Shown piece by piece: positions 1 to 7,972 of a DNA stretch of 64,000 nucleotides. A program made the position numbers and the translations under genes. The stretch is from Gemmatimonadota bacterium (GTDB lineage Bacteria; Latescibacterota; UBA2968; UBA8231): positions 621 through 64,620 of the forward strand of contig JABHFS010000116.1 of the NCBI GenBank assembly GCA_018672475.1, in the 5' to 3' direction. The notes under the pieces were generated by a model that saw only the letters and a list, made by a program, of their open reading frames with translations, made no database searches and was not told where the DNA came from. The number at the start of each line of letters is the position of its first letter. Position 1 is the stretch's first letter.

Positions 1-165
1 GTCGCCGTACTGGTCGAGCGGTTGAATGCGCTGGGTCTGGCGGCCGTTGAGTTGGTGCGCCAAGTCGCGAGCGATATCAGCCTGACAGCGCAAATCGGCG
101 AGCAGGGATGGCGGAATGATATTGCGGAAGATCTGGTAGCCATTGGCTAGGTATTCGTCGATCAT
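1..165 (-). CDS. Phytanoyl-CoA dioxygenase (PhyH) family protein, N-terminal part (runs off window edge)
   Basis: Manual translation from ATG at 165: MIDEYLANGYQIFRNIIPPSLLADLRCQAD..., open to the window start; resembles the PhyH N-terminal y..dGy...r..ip motif; lies directly downstream of the 188..1177 gene. Confidence 0.6.
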   Translation of the reverse strand, partial: MIDEYLANGYQIFRNIIPPSLLADLRCQADIARDLAHQLNGRQTQRIQPLDQYGD

Positions 166-187
166 AGTTTGCTGTTAATATTCTCTC

Positions 188-1177
188 TTAAGTGAGTTCG
201 GCGATGACTTGGCCGAGCAGTGTTTCGCCACATGCATAGCGGTTGAGGTTGTCGGCGGCGAATTGTGCTCTTTTGCGCGAAGTGCCGTCGGTCGAACCGG
301 CGGTGTGTGGCATGACAAATACATTGGGCAACTGGTAGACGGGCAGGTTCGGGTCGGGCGGTTCTTGCGCGAAAACGTCTAGACCGGCGCCGCCGATGTG
401 TTTATCGAGCAGGGCTTGGTAGAGGGCGGCTTCGTCGACGAGTTCGCCGCGGGCGACGTTGATCAGGCAGGCGGTATTTTTCATTAGGTCTATGCGTCGG
501 GCGTCAATCGTGTGGTGGGTCTCCGGCGTCAGGTGCAGGTGTAGCGACAAATAATCGCTCTCGCGAACTACGCGGTCGACATCGTCGGGGCCGCCGAGGA
601 ATTCGGGTTGAATTTGTGCGAGAATGTCTTCTTCTATGGGGCGCACGTCGATGGCGAGAATGCGCAGGCCAAAGGGCTTGGCCCGGCGTGCCAGTTCTTG
701 GCCGCTGGCGCCGAAACCGATTAAGCCGAGCGTCAGGCCTTCGAGCTCGGTGCCGGCGGGTGAGTAGAGCTGGCCGTCGGTGAAATTGTGGCGGGCTTCT
801 GCATAGCGGTGTGCGTGCATCAGTATAAAGAGCATCGCGCTCTGTGCCAGGGCTACGCTGCTGAGCTGGCCGGGACAATGCGCCAGCAGCAGGCCGGCGT
901 TGAGTATGCCGTCGACATTGACGTGGTCGAGCCCAGTGGTTTGCGCTTGCAGGAATTTGACGCCGGCTTCGGCGGCATAAGTTAATAGTTCGGGAGTGAT
1001 ATTACCGCCGAGGTCGACGATGGCCTCAATGCCCGCGAATTGCAGTGCGGCCGGTTGCTTGCGGTCGAAGATACTCAGCTGGTGGTGGATGTCGATGGCT
1101 TGCACGACGTCGTTGCTCCAGGGTGTGGCCAGTGCGGGGACCGGGTGTGGCAGGAAGAGCACATTGATTTTGCGCAT
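188..1177 (-). CDS. D-isomer-specific 2-hydroxyacid dehydrogenase
   Basis: GLIGFGASG Rossmann motif, LINVARG, GAGLDVF, PHTAG catalytic His motif. Confidence 0.92.
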   Translation of the reverse strand: MRKINVLFLPHPVPALATPWSNDVVQAIDIHHQLSIFDRKQPAALQFAGIEAIVDLGGNITPELLTYAAEAGVKFLQAQTTGLDHVNVDGILNAGLLLAHCPGQLSSVALAQSAMLFILMHAHRYAEARHNFTDGQLYSPAGTELEGLTLGLIGFGASGQELARRAKPFGLRILAIDVRPIEEDILAQIQPEFLGGPDDVDRVVRESDYLSLHLHLTPETHHTIDARRIDLMKNTACLINVARGELVDEAALYQALLDKHIGGAGLDVFAQEPPDPNLPVYQLPNVFVMPHTAGSTDGTSRKRAQFAADNLNRYACGETLLGQVIAELT

Positions 1178-1181
1178 GCGA

Positions 1182-1958
1182 TTAATACTCCAATCCGTCG
1201 CGAATTTGTGCGAGGTGTTGGCATCCGATCGTCAAAAAAGTCTCATCGCCACCAGCGAGAATTAAAGAGAAGCCGTCGTCTATGGCCCGTTGCAGCGATT
1301 GCGCTTCGAAGGCCGGGCGGTAGACGCCGATGCCGCCCGGTTTACCGGAACGCCGGGCGGCATCGGCGAGTTTGGCTTGGGCGTCCTGAAAGACCTGGCC
1401 TTCGTAGTCGAAGGGCACACCTAACGAGATCGATAGATCGACGGGGCCTATAATAAAACTATCGAAGCCTTCGACGGCGAGTATTTCGTCGATATTGTCG
1501 ACCGCTTCAGCCGTTTCGATTAGGCCGATAAATAAGACCTGGTCATTGATTGTCGAAAAGTATTCTTCGGTATTCAGACCGTATTGTGATGCGCGGTGTG
1601 GCCCGAAGCCGCGAATGCCTATTGGCGGATAACGACAGGCGCGGGCGCCCGCTTCGGCTTGCTCAGCGGTGTTGATGAAGGGAGCGAGGATGCCCATTGC
1701 GCCCATGTCGAGGTAGAGGCGGATTTGTTCTTCGTCAACGCGCGAGAGGCGGACGACAGGGGTGGCAGGGGTATTGCCTATGGCTTGTAGTTGCGCTTGG
1801 ATGCCGGGTGGGGTCTGTGGGGCGTGCTCGGTGTCGATGACGAGGTAGTCGAAACCGGAGTGACCGAAAAGTTCGGCGATGGCGGGGGAGGCGAAGCGGA
1901 GTTGCGCGCCAAAGGCGGGGGTGTTGGCGGCGAGTTTTTCTTTGATGCGATTTTGCAT
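1182..1958 (-). CDS. HpcH/HpaI class II aldolase
   Basis: GFDYLVIDTEH, RYPPIGIRGFG, LIET, IGPVDLSISLG; start taken at MQNRIKEK. Confidence 0.92.
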   Translation of the reverse strand: MQNRIKEKLAANTPAFGAQLRFASPAIAELFGHSGFDYLVIDTEHAPQTPPGIQAQLQAIGNTPATPVVRLSRVDEEQIRLYLDMGAMGILAPFINTAEQAEAGARACRYPPIGIRGFGPHRASQYGLNTEEYFSTINDQVLFIGLIETAEAVDNIDEILAVEGFDSFIIGPVDLSISLGVPFDYEGQVFQDAQAKLADAARRSGKPGGIGVYRPAFEAQSLQRAIDDGFSLILAGGDETFLTIGCQHLAQIRDGLEY

Positions 1959-2045
1959 AGAGAAAATCCTTGGGAGAGGGCTGAATGCAAATATTATCAT
2001 TGAAAGTTCATATGATCCTTGGCCGTTTCAGGGCAGTATTGGACC

Positions 2046-3107
2046 TTATAAAATAGATTCTTGCACCACCGCCTCATCCACTCCCAAGTCTTTCGCCGAA
2101 TCGCACAAAGTCTGCCAGGTCGTATCGTCGATTTCGATACCATTGGCTTCACGGTCCTTGCGGTTTTTCTCCTCAATTTCGCCAGGCATCAGAATTTCGT
2201 CAAAACCAGGTGCTTTGCGCGCGCTTTTTACGAAGTCGATGAAGCGCTGGACCTCGGCAGCAAAGCCGAGTTCCTCGGGCAGGCGGTCGCAGTCGATGAT
2301 CAGCGAATACATGCCGTTGAGCAGGCGCTGGTCGTTGGCGGGGTTGGAGCAGGAGTTGCCGGTCAGCGCGCCGGCGAACATCTCGGCGATTATGCTGAGG
2401 CCGTAGCCTTTGTGCCCACCGAAGGGCAAGAGCACGCCGGGCGGGTCGGTGTAGAATTGCGCTGGGTCGGTGATGGCGTTGCCTGCGTTATCCATGATGC
2501 AGCCGGGTTCGACTTCGACGCCCTTGTTGAGCGCGACTTTCAATTTGCCTTCGGCGATGGCGCAGGTCGAGATATCGAGGATAATGGGTTTTTTGCCTTC
2601 GACGGGTACGCCAGCGGCGATGGGGTTGGCCGAAAGGCGGCGGTCGATGCCGCCGAAGGGGGCGACGAGTAGCCCATAGCCGCTGGTATTGACGAAGTGG
2701 AAGGATGCCATACCGGCGTCGGCGACCATCGTCGGCCAGTCGCCGATGCGGCCGAGGTGTGCGCTATTGCGCAGGGACACGGTGGCGATGCCGTGTTTTT
2801 TGGCCATGTCGATGCCCAATTGCATCGCTTGTTCGCCGATGACTTGGCCGAAGCCGAAGTTGCCGTCGACGATGGCCATCGAATCGGTCTGGAAGATTAC
2901 GCTCAATGACTGATTGGTACGGGTCTGATCATTTTTGACATAGTCGATATAATAGGGTGCGCGGATCACGCCGTGCGAATCGTGGCCGGTGAGGTTGGAT
3001 TGCACGAGGTAGAAGGCGATGCGTTCGGCTTCTTTAGATTCCGAGCCGACGCGTTCAAAGAGTTGTTGGATGAAGTCGCGCAGTTTGTTGGGATTGAGGT
3101 GTAGCAT
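2046..3107 (-). CDS. Ldh_2 family (malate/L-lactate/hydroxycarboxylate) dehydrogenase, HcxB/YbiC-like
   Basis: GHDSHG, DGNFGFGQ, HLGRIG, ANPIA, PFGGHKGYGL; start MLHLNP at 3107, 2 nt after the cyclase stop. Confidence 0.9.
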   Translation of the reverse strand: MLHLNPNKLRDFIQQLFERVGSESKEAERIAFYLVQSNLTGHDSHGVIRAPYYIDYVKNDQTRTNQSLSVIFQTDSMAIVDGNFGFGQVIGEQAMQLGIDMAKKHGIATVSLRNSAHLGRIGDWPTMVADAGMASFHFVNTSGYGLLVAPFGGIDRRLSANPIAAGVPVEGKKPIILDISTCAIAEGKLKVALNKGVEVEPGCIMDNAGNAITDPAQFYTDPPGVLLPFGGHKGYGLSIIAEMFAGALTGNSCSNPANDQRLLNGMYSLIIDCDRLPEELGFAAEVQRFIDFVKSARKAPGFDEILMPGEIEEKNRKDREANGIEIDDTTWQTLCDSAKDLGVDEAVVQESIL

Positions 3108-3109
3108 AG

Positions 3110-3754
3110 TCAGTCGTTTATCCTGGCGAAGGCGCGCACCGGCGAGCCGTCCCGGCCGACGATGGCCAAGGGTATGGCGCTGAAGTCGAAGGGGCGGGGG
3201 CCGATGGCGTCGAGGTTGGTGAGGTTTTCGACGATTAGCAGGTTGTTGCCGAGCAATACGAGATGGGCCTCGTGCGGTGAGCGGTCGACGGAGGGGAAGT
3301 CGACGCCTAGCAAAAGCACGCCGCAGTCGACGAGTAGCTGCGCGGCGGCGGCGGTGAGCACGGGGTGTTCGGTGAAGAAATGGTCTTCGCCCCATTGTCT
3401 GTACCAGCCGGTGTGCAGGATGGCGTGGCGGTGAGTGGTGAGTTGCTCGCGATGAGGCGACAGATGCTGTGCGTCTATTACGGGCAGGTCGAAGAGGTCG
3501 AGTAGAACGGCGGGGCCGGTGCAGTCTGTGAGCGGGATCTGGTCTATGGTGGGGCCGTTGGCGTAGAAGTGGTAGGGGGCGTCAATGTGGGTGGCGCAGT
3601 GGATGGGTAGGGTGAGTTGGCCGCAGTTTAGGCTTTGGCGTTCTTCGCGCCCGGTTTGTTCGGTACTGGCGAGGATTTTTATTTCTACGGATGGGTCGCC
3701 TGGGAAGGGTGGGGTGTTGTTGGATAGGGGGTAGCTTAGGTCAATTAGGGGCAT
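3110..3754 (-). CDS. Cyclase family / kynurenine formamidase-like metallohydrolase
   Basis: IDLS..L...P.FPGDP, HCATHIDAPYH, GVDFPSVD, IVENL, DGSPVRA. Confidence 0.92.
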   Translation of the reverse strand: MPLIDLSYPLSNNTPPFPGDPSVEIKILASTEQTGREERQSLNCGQLTLPIHCATHIDAPYHFYANGPTIDQIPLTDCTGPAVLLDLFDLPVIDAQHLSPHREQLTTHRHAILHTGWYRQWGEDHFFTEHPVLTAAAAQLLVDCGVLLLGVDFPSVDRSPHEAHLVLLGNNLLIVENLTNLDAIGPRPFDFSAIPLAIVGRDGSPVRAFARIND

Positions 3755-3765
3755 GGGATGCTCCG

Positions 3766-4488
3766 TTAGATCTCTTTGAGTTTGGATAAGAGATTTGTGC
3801 CCCGGTCGAAGAGCAGGTCGAGGTCTGATTTCATGGTGATGCCCTGGAAACCGGCGGCTTTTTGTGCGGCGAAATCGTCGGGAGAATAGGTATTGCAGCA
3901 GGGCATTTTGCCGGCGGCGAGGGTGGTGTCGACGATCTTTTTGAGTGCGGCTTGCTGTGCGGGCTCTTGCTCGTATTCGGCGCGGTGGCGCGAAAGGCCT
4001 AGTGATATCGCGAGGTCGACCGGTCCGACGAAGCAGCCGTCGACACCGGGTAGGGCCATGATTTCTTCGGCTTGGTTGACCGCGTCGATATGTTCCATTT
4101 GCACTAGCAGCAGGGTTTCTTCATTGGCGCGTTCGAAATAATCGGCGCCGTAGTGCAGGAAGTTGTCGCCGCCCAAGGAGCGGTCGCCGACGGGGGGGTA
4201 TTTGGCGGCGCGGGCGACGGCGGTGGCGGTTTCGAGCGAGTTGACCATTGGCACGACTACGCCGCTGGCGCCGAGGTCGAGCGCTTTTTCGACTTCGCCG
4301 GGATGGCCGACCGAGGTGCGGACGAGCGGGCGGGCGCCGGTCGCGAGGGCGGCGTGGATGCACTCATAGGCGGTTTCCCAATTCATTGCGCCGTGCTGTA
4401 GGTCGAGAATAATCCAATCCCAGCCCATCTGTCCCAGATAGCGGGATATCATCGGTTGCGGAATACTTTGCCAGATACCGACTGCCAT
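3766..4488 (-). CDS. HpcH/HpaI class II aldolase (second copy)
   Basis: WDWIILDLQHG, KYPPVGDRSLG, VQME, FVGPVDLAISLG. Confidence 0.9.
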   Translation of the reverse strand: MAVGIWQSIPQPMISRYLGQMGWDWIILDLQHGAMNWETAYECIHAALATGARPLVRTSVGHPGEVEKALDLGASGVVVPMVNSLETATAVARAAKYPPVGDRSLGGDNFLHYGADYFERANEETLLLVQMEHIDAVNQAEEIMALPGVDGCFVGPVDLAISLGLSRHRAEYEQEPAQQAALKKIVDTTLAAGKMPCCNTYSPDDFAAQKAAGFQGITMKSDLDLLFDRGTNLLSKLKEI

Positions 4489-4562
4489 TAGTTTTGCTCT
4501 TGTTTGTTATATAGGTGAAGGGCATGAGGTGCCGCGTTTCTTGCTCCTTGGGGCAAGGCGAA

Positions 4563-5459
4563 TCAACTCGAAAACCCCGGTGTTCCTCGGCCCCGGCCAG
4601 CCGCTTGGTTGAGTTCCATATCGCCTGAATTCACTTTCGCGTCTGTATGCGCGTCCCACAAGTCGAGCCCGAGTAGCTTGCGGCCCAATGGGGTCAACGC
4701 GGAAGTGGTGCCGTGCTGGCGTTCCCAGTTGCGCGGGTCGCCGGGGAAGGGATTGCCTTCCGGTGCCTTGCGATGCAGCCAGGCGTCAATGCGCCATTGG
4801 CGGGCGGCTTCGTTTTGCTCCTGCGCCGGCGACATCGACATATATTGCGCTAAGCGGGGTTGATCCGAAGTGTTGGGGCTGACGCCGTGTGCTAATTGAC
4901 TATTCCAAATAAGTAGGTCGCCGGCATTGATGGGCACGGTTTCTACGGTGAGACCGGTCAGATCGGGTTTGTGCGGGTCACGGTCTTTAGGTTGTGTCTT
5001 GATCCATTCGGGCAGGCGCTTGGGCATGCCAGGTACGCATTGGAAACCACCTTGGCTGGGTGCGGTGTCGGTCAGGCTTAAAATGCCTTGTACGTCGAAG
5101 GGCAGCGGGTCGAGCCGGGTGTCGATATCCCAATGGATAAACCCTGCGAATTCGAATCCTGGGCGATTCGGCGGGTTGAGATTGCAGCGGTCGATACTGG
5201 TCCACAGCTTTTCGGTGTTCCAGATATCGGCGAAGGCGCCGTGGATACGTGGCAGTTGGCGGATGGCCCACAGCGCGGGGTGGTGATACATCTCGACCAT
5301 ACCCGAACCGTTGAGTTCGATCATGCCATTTTTGCGCTCGGGGTGGCGATACCAAGTATCGGAATTGGCCGGGGCCATCTGCTGGAAGGCCCAGATGGCG
5401 TCGACGACCGCCTGGATCATCTCGGGTGGAGCGGCCTCGCGGACGATGACATAGCCCAT
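4563..5459 (-). CDS. Phytanoyl-CoA dioxygenase (PhyH) family protein; true 5' end uncertain
   Basis: HWD facial triad, GGFQCVPG, AGDLLIWNSQLAHG, PRLAQY; homologous frame continues upstream (VLNSEDRTFFDDMGY) without an in-frame ATG. Confidence 0.88.
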   Translation of the reverse strand: MGYVIVREAAPPEMIQAVVDAIWAFQQMAPANSDTWYRHPERKNGMIELNGSGMVEMYHHPALWAIRQLPRIHGAFADIWNTEKLWTSIDRCNLNPPNRPGFEFAGFIHWDIDTRLDPLPFDVQGILSLTDTAPSQGGFQCVPGMPKRLPEWIKTQPKDRDPHKPDLTGLTVETVPINAGDLLIWNSQLAHGVSPNTSDQPRLAQYMSMSPAQEQNEAARQWRIDAWLHRKAPEGNPFPGDPRNWERQHGTTSALTPLGRKLLGLDLWDAHTDAKVNSGDMELNQAAGRGRGTPGFSS

Positions 5460-5564
5460 GTCGTCGAAAAAGGTGCGGTCTTCGGAGTTTAGTACGTGGA
5501 TGATATTGGATTTCCCCCTGTTAAGGCGCTTGCGATTCAGTCATAGGATGTGTGCGTTCGAAGC

Positions 5565-6389
5565 TTAAGACCAGACGAATATCTCGTCGCGATCTGCGGA
5601 CATCGCAAAGAAGAAAGCCAAGACTACGCGAGGGGAAGTGCGCACGACGGGCGGTACCGTGTGGATATTTTCGGTGTAGAAGAAATAGAGATCGCCGGGT
5701 TCGAGTAATACTTGCGCGTGGGCGATTTTCTGTGCCTGCACATAGTCGTCGAATTCGCTGGAACTGATAACGGCGTTGACCTCGTCGTCGGCGTAACAGT
5801 CGTAGATAAAGGGCTCGCCGTCGGGTTCGGCACTTTGCAGGCACAGGACGCCGGCGAATTGGTGCGCGAAGTCGCCGACGGCGTATTCGGATTTTGAGCG
5901 CCGAGCTACCGAGTCGAAGTGCGGCCTGTGCCCCTCATCGCCGTGGTAAATGCGGAAGATGGCCGGGCCGTAGAGGCGGTCGTTGGGCTCGTGGGCGGTA
6001 AGCACCTTATTGTCGGGAGCTAGTTCAGCGAGGGCTTCGTACATGGTGCGTACGGGATCGTCGAAGCCGTCGAAGAGGTGGGAAAAGAGCGCGTGGGTGC
6101 GCTCGGCGTGCGCGAAAAAGGCTTCGGGGTCGGCACCGACCCGGCCGAGGCTGGTGCCGAGATCGAGGTAGGGGCCGCCGTTGAGTTGGCTTTCGACGCC
6201 GACGGTCTCCTGGTTGAAATACCCGCGTTCGGAAAAGCGCTGCATCAGACCGGTGCAATGCTCTGGGTTATAGGCGTTGCGCAGGACGAGGGCGGGGATT
6301 TGTCGATCGGCCAGGGCTTGCAGTGGCTGCGGGTATTTTTGCAGGATCTGCTCAGGGGTGGCGGCAAATGCTTGCCAATGTGGGTTCAT
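5565..6389 (-). CDS. Fe(II)/2-oxoglutarate oxygenase superfamily protein
   Basis: HFD ... PGDLYFF...IH.V......R pattern. Confidence 0.75.
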   Translation of the reverse strand: MNPHWQAFAATPEQILQKYPQPLQALADRQIPALVLRNAYNPEHCTGLMQRFSERGYFNQETVGVESQLNGGPYLDLGTSLGRVGADPEAFFAHAERTHALFSHLFDGFDDPVRTMYEALAELAPDNKVLTAHEPNDRLYGPAIFRIYHGDEGHRPHFDSVARRSKSEYAVGDFAHQFAGVLCLQSAEPDGEPFIYDCYADDEVNAVISSSEFDDYVQAQKIAHAQVLLEPGDLYFFYTENIHTVPPVVRTSPRVVLAFFFAMSADRDEIFVWS

Positions 6390-6512
6390 AAGATCTGCTG
6401 GAAAAGGGATAAGGGTGATATCGTAGCGATGCCATTAGTATTAAGCGATTGCTACGCCTGGAGCAACTGGATTATTAGATCAGCGGCGTTTTATGCGTTA
6501 TGAGTCGGTCGT

Positions 6513-7961
6513 TTATTTGGCCAGCAGCATTTTGCGCGCTTCGATACGGTCGCCGGCGCGCAGGCGATAAAAATAGAGCCCGTTGGCCAAATCGACGGCG
6601 TCGAAGCGGATCTGGTGGGTGCCGGCCGGTTGCAGGCCGTCGACTAGTGTGGACAAGCGCTGGCCGGTGATATCGTAGATGCTGAGTTCGGTCTGCGCGG
6701 TGGCGGGCAGGGTATAGCGGATGGTGGTCTGCGGGTTGAAAGGGTTGGGATAGTTTTGTTCTAGGGCGAATAGGGTGGGCTGGCTGGTCTCTTCGAGGGC
6801 GACGGCGGTGGGTTCGGGATCGGCTTCGAAGGTGTAGATGCCGCCGTCGAAGGCCAGGATATAAAGTTCTCCGGCCTGATCTTCGCCAAAGCTGGCGATG
6901 CCGCCGGGCGCTTTAGCCAGCAGCGTGTTTTCAGTGACTTCGCCGTTTTGGTAATGCAGGCCCCAGACCAGACTGGTTTCGAAGTCGCCGTAGATATAGG
7001 CGCCGGTAAGCTGTGCGCTACGGTGGCCGCGGTAGACGTAGCCGCCGGTTACCGAGCGGCCCTCGTCGTGTGCGTATTCGACCACCGGCAGCGCCAGGCC
7101 TTCGGTTTCGCAGCCGGTGGTGGGGCGGAAGCACTGAAAGCCTTCCATGGTGTTCCAGCCGTAGTTACCCCCTTTTTCGATGAGGTCAATTTCCTCGCGA
7201 TTGCCCTGGCCAACGTCGCCCGTCCATAAGTCGCCGGTCAGGCGGTCGAAGCTAAAACGCCAGGGATTGCGCAGGCCCCAGGCCCAGATCTCTTCGCGCC
7301 AGCCGTCTGCGTTGCCAGTGAAGGGGTTGTCGGCGGGGATGCCATAGGCTAAGCCATCGTGTTGCGTGTTGACGTCGATGCGTAGGATGGTGCCTAGAAG
7401 GGTTGTCGGGTCCTGGCCGTTTTGGAAAAGGTCGTTGGCTGCGCCGCCGTCGCCGAGGCCAATATAGAGCATGCCGTCCGGACCGAAGGCGATCTGGCCG
7501 CCATTGTGGTTGCCGGCGGGTTGCTCGATGTCGAGCAGGGCGCGCTCGCTGTCCGGGTCGGCGCGCGCGGGATCGCTGGAGACGCGGAATTCGGCGATGC
7601 GCGAGAACAGGTTGCCGTGGTTGTAATAGACATAGAACAGGCCATTGCTCTCGTATTGCGGGTGGAAGGCCGTGCTGAGCAGACCGGCTTCGTTGGGGCC
7701 GTTGTTGACGCGCTGACTGATATCGAGAAAAAGGCCGGCAGTGGCGATGTCGTTGCGGTTGGGAAAGACGCTGATTACGCCGCGTTGCTCGGTGACGAAG
7801 ACGCGGTCGCTGCCGTCACTGGCGTGGTCGAGGAAGACCGGGCGGTTGAACGAGAGGTTGGGGAAGGCCCGGTGCAGAGCGACGGGTTGTAGGCTTTGAG
7901 CATAGGTGCTGGATAGGGTCAGGCTGCAAAAAGCTAAATGTATCAGGAGCGCGTGTTTCAT
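6513..7961 (-). CDS. Secreted PQQ-dependent glucose/sorbosone dehydrogenase with T9SS type-A-like C-terminal domain
   Basis: Signal peptide MKHALL...TYAQ; HNGGQIAFGPDGMLYIGLGDGG, GLRNPWRFSFD, GNYGW; tail LEQNYPNPFNP...IYDITGQ...GLYFYRL...KMLLAK. Confidence 0.9.
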   Translation of the reverse strand: MKHALLIHLAFCSLTLSSTYAQSLQPVALHRAFPNLSFNRPVFLDHASDGSDRVFVTEQRGVISVFPNRNDIATAGLFLDISQRVNNGPNEAGLLSTAFHPQYESNGLFYVYYNHGNLFSRIAEFRVSSDPARADPDSERALLDIEQPAGNHNGGQIAFGPDGMLYIGLGDGGAANDLFQNGQDPTTLLGTILRIDVNTQHDGLAYGIPADNPFTGNADGWREEIWAWGLRNPWRFSFDRLTGDLWTGDVGQGNREEIDLIEKGGNYGWNTMEGFQCFRPTTGCETEGLALPVVEYAHDEGRSVTGGYVYRGHRSAQLTGAYIYGDFETSLVWGLHYQNGEVTENTLLAKAPGGIASFGEDQAGELYILAFDGGIYTFEADPEPTAVALEETSQPTLFALEQNYPNPFNPQTTIRYTLPATAQTELSIYDITGQRLSTLVDGLQPAGTHQIRFDAVDLANGLYFYRLRAGDRIEARKMLLAK

Positions 7962-7972
7962 CGGTAGTCCTC

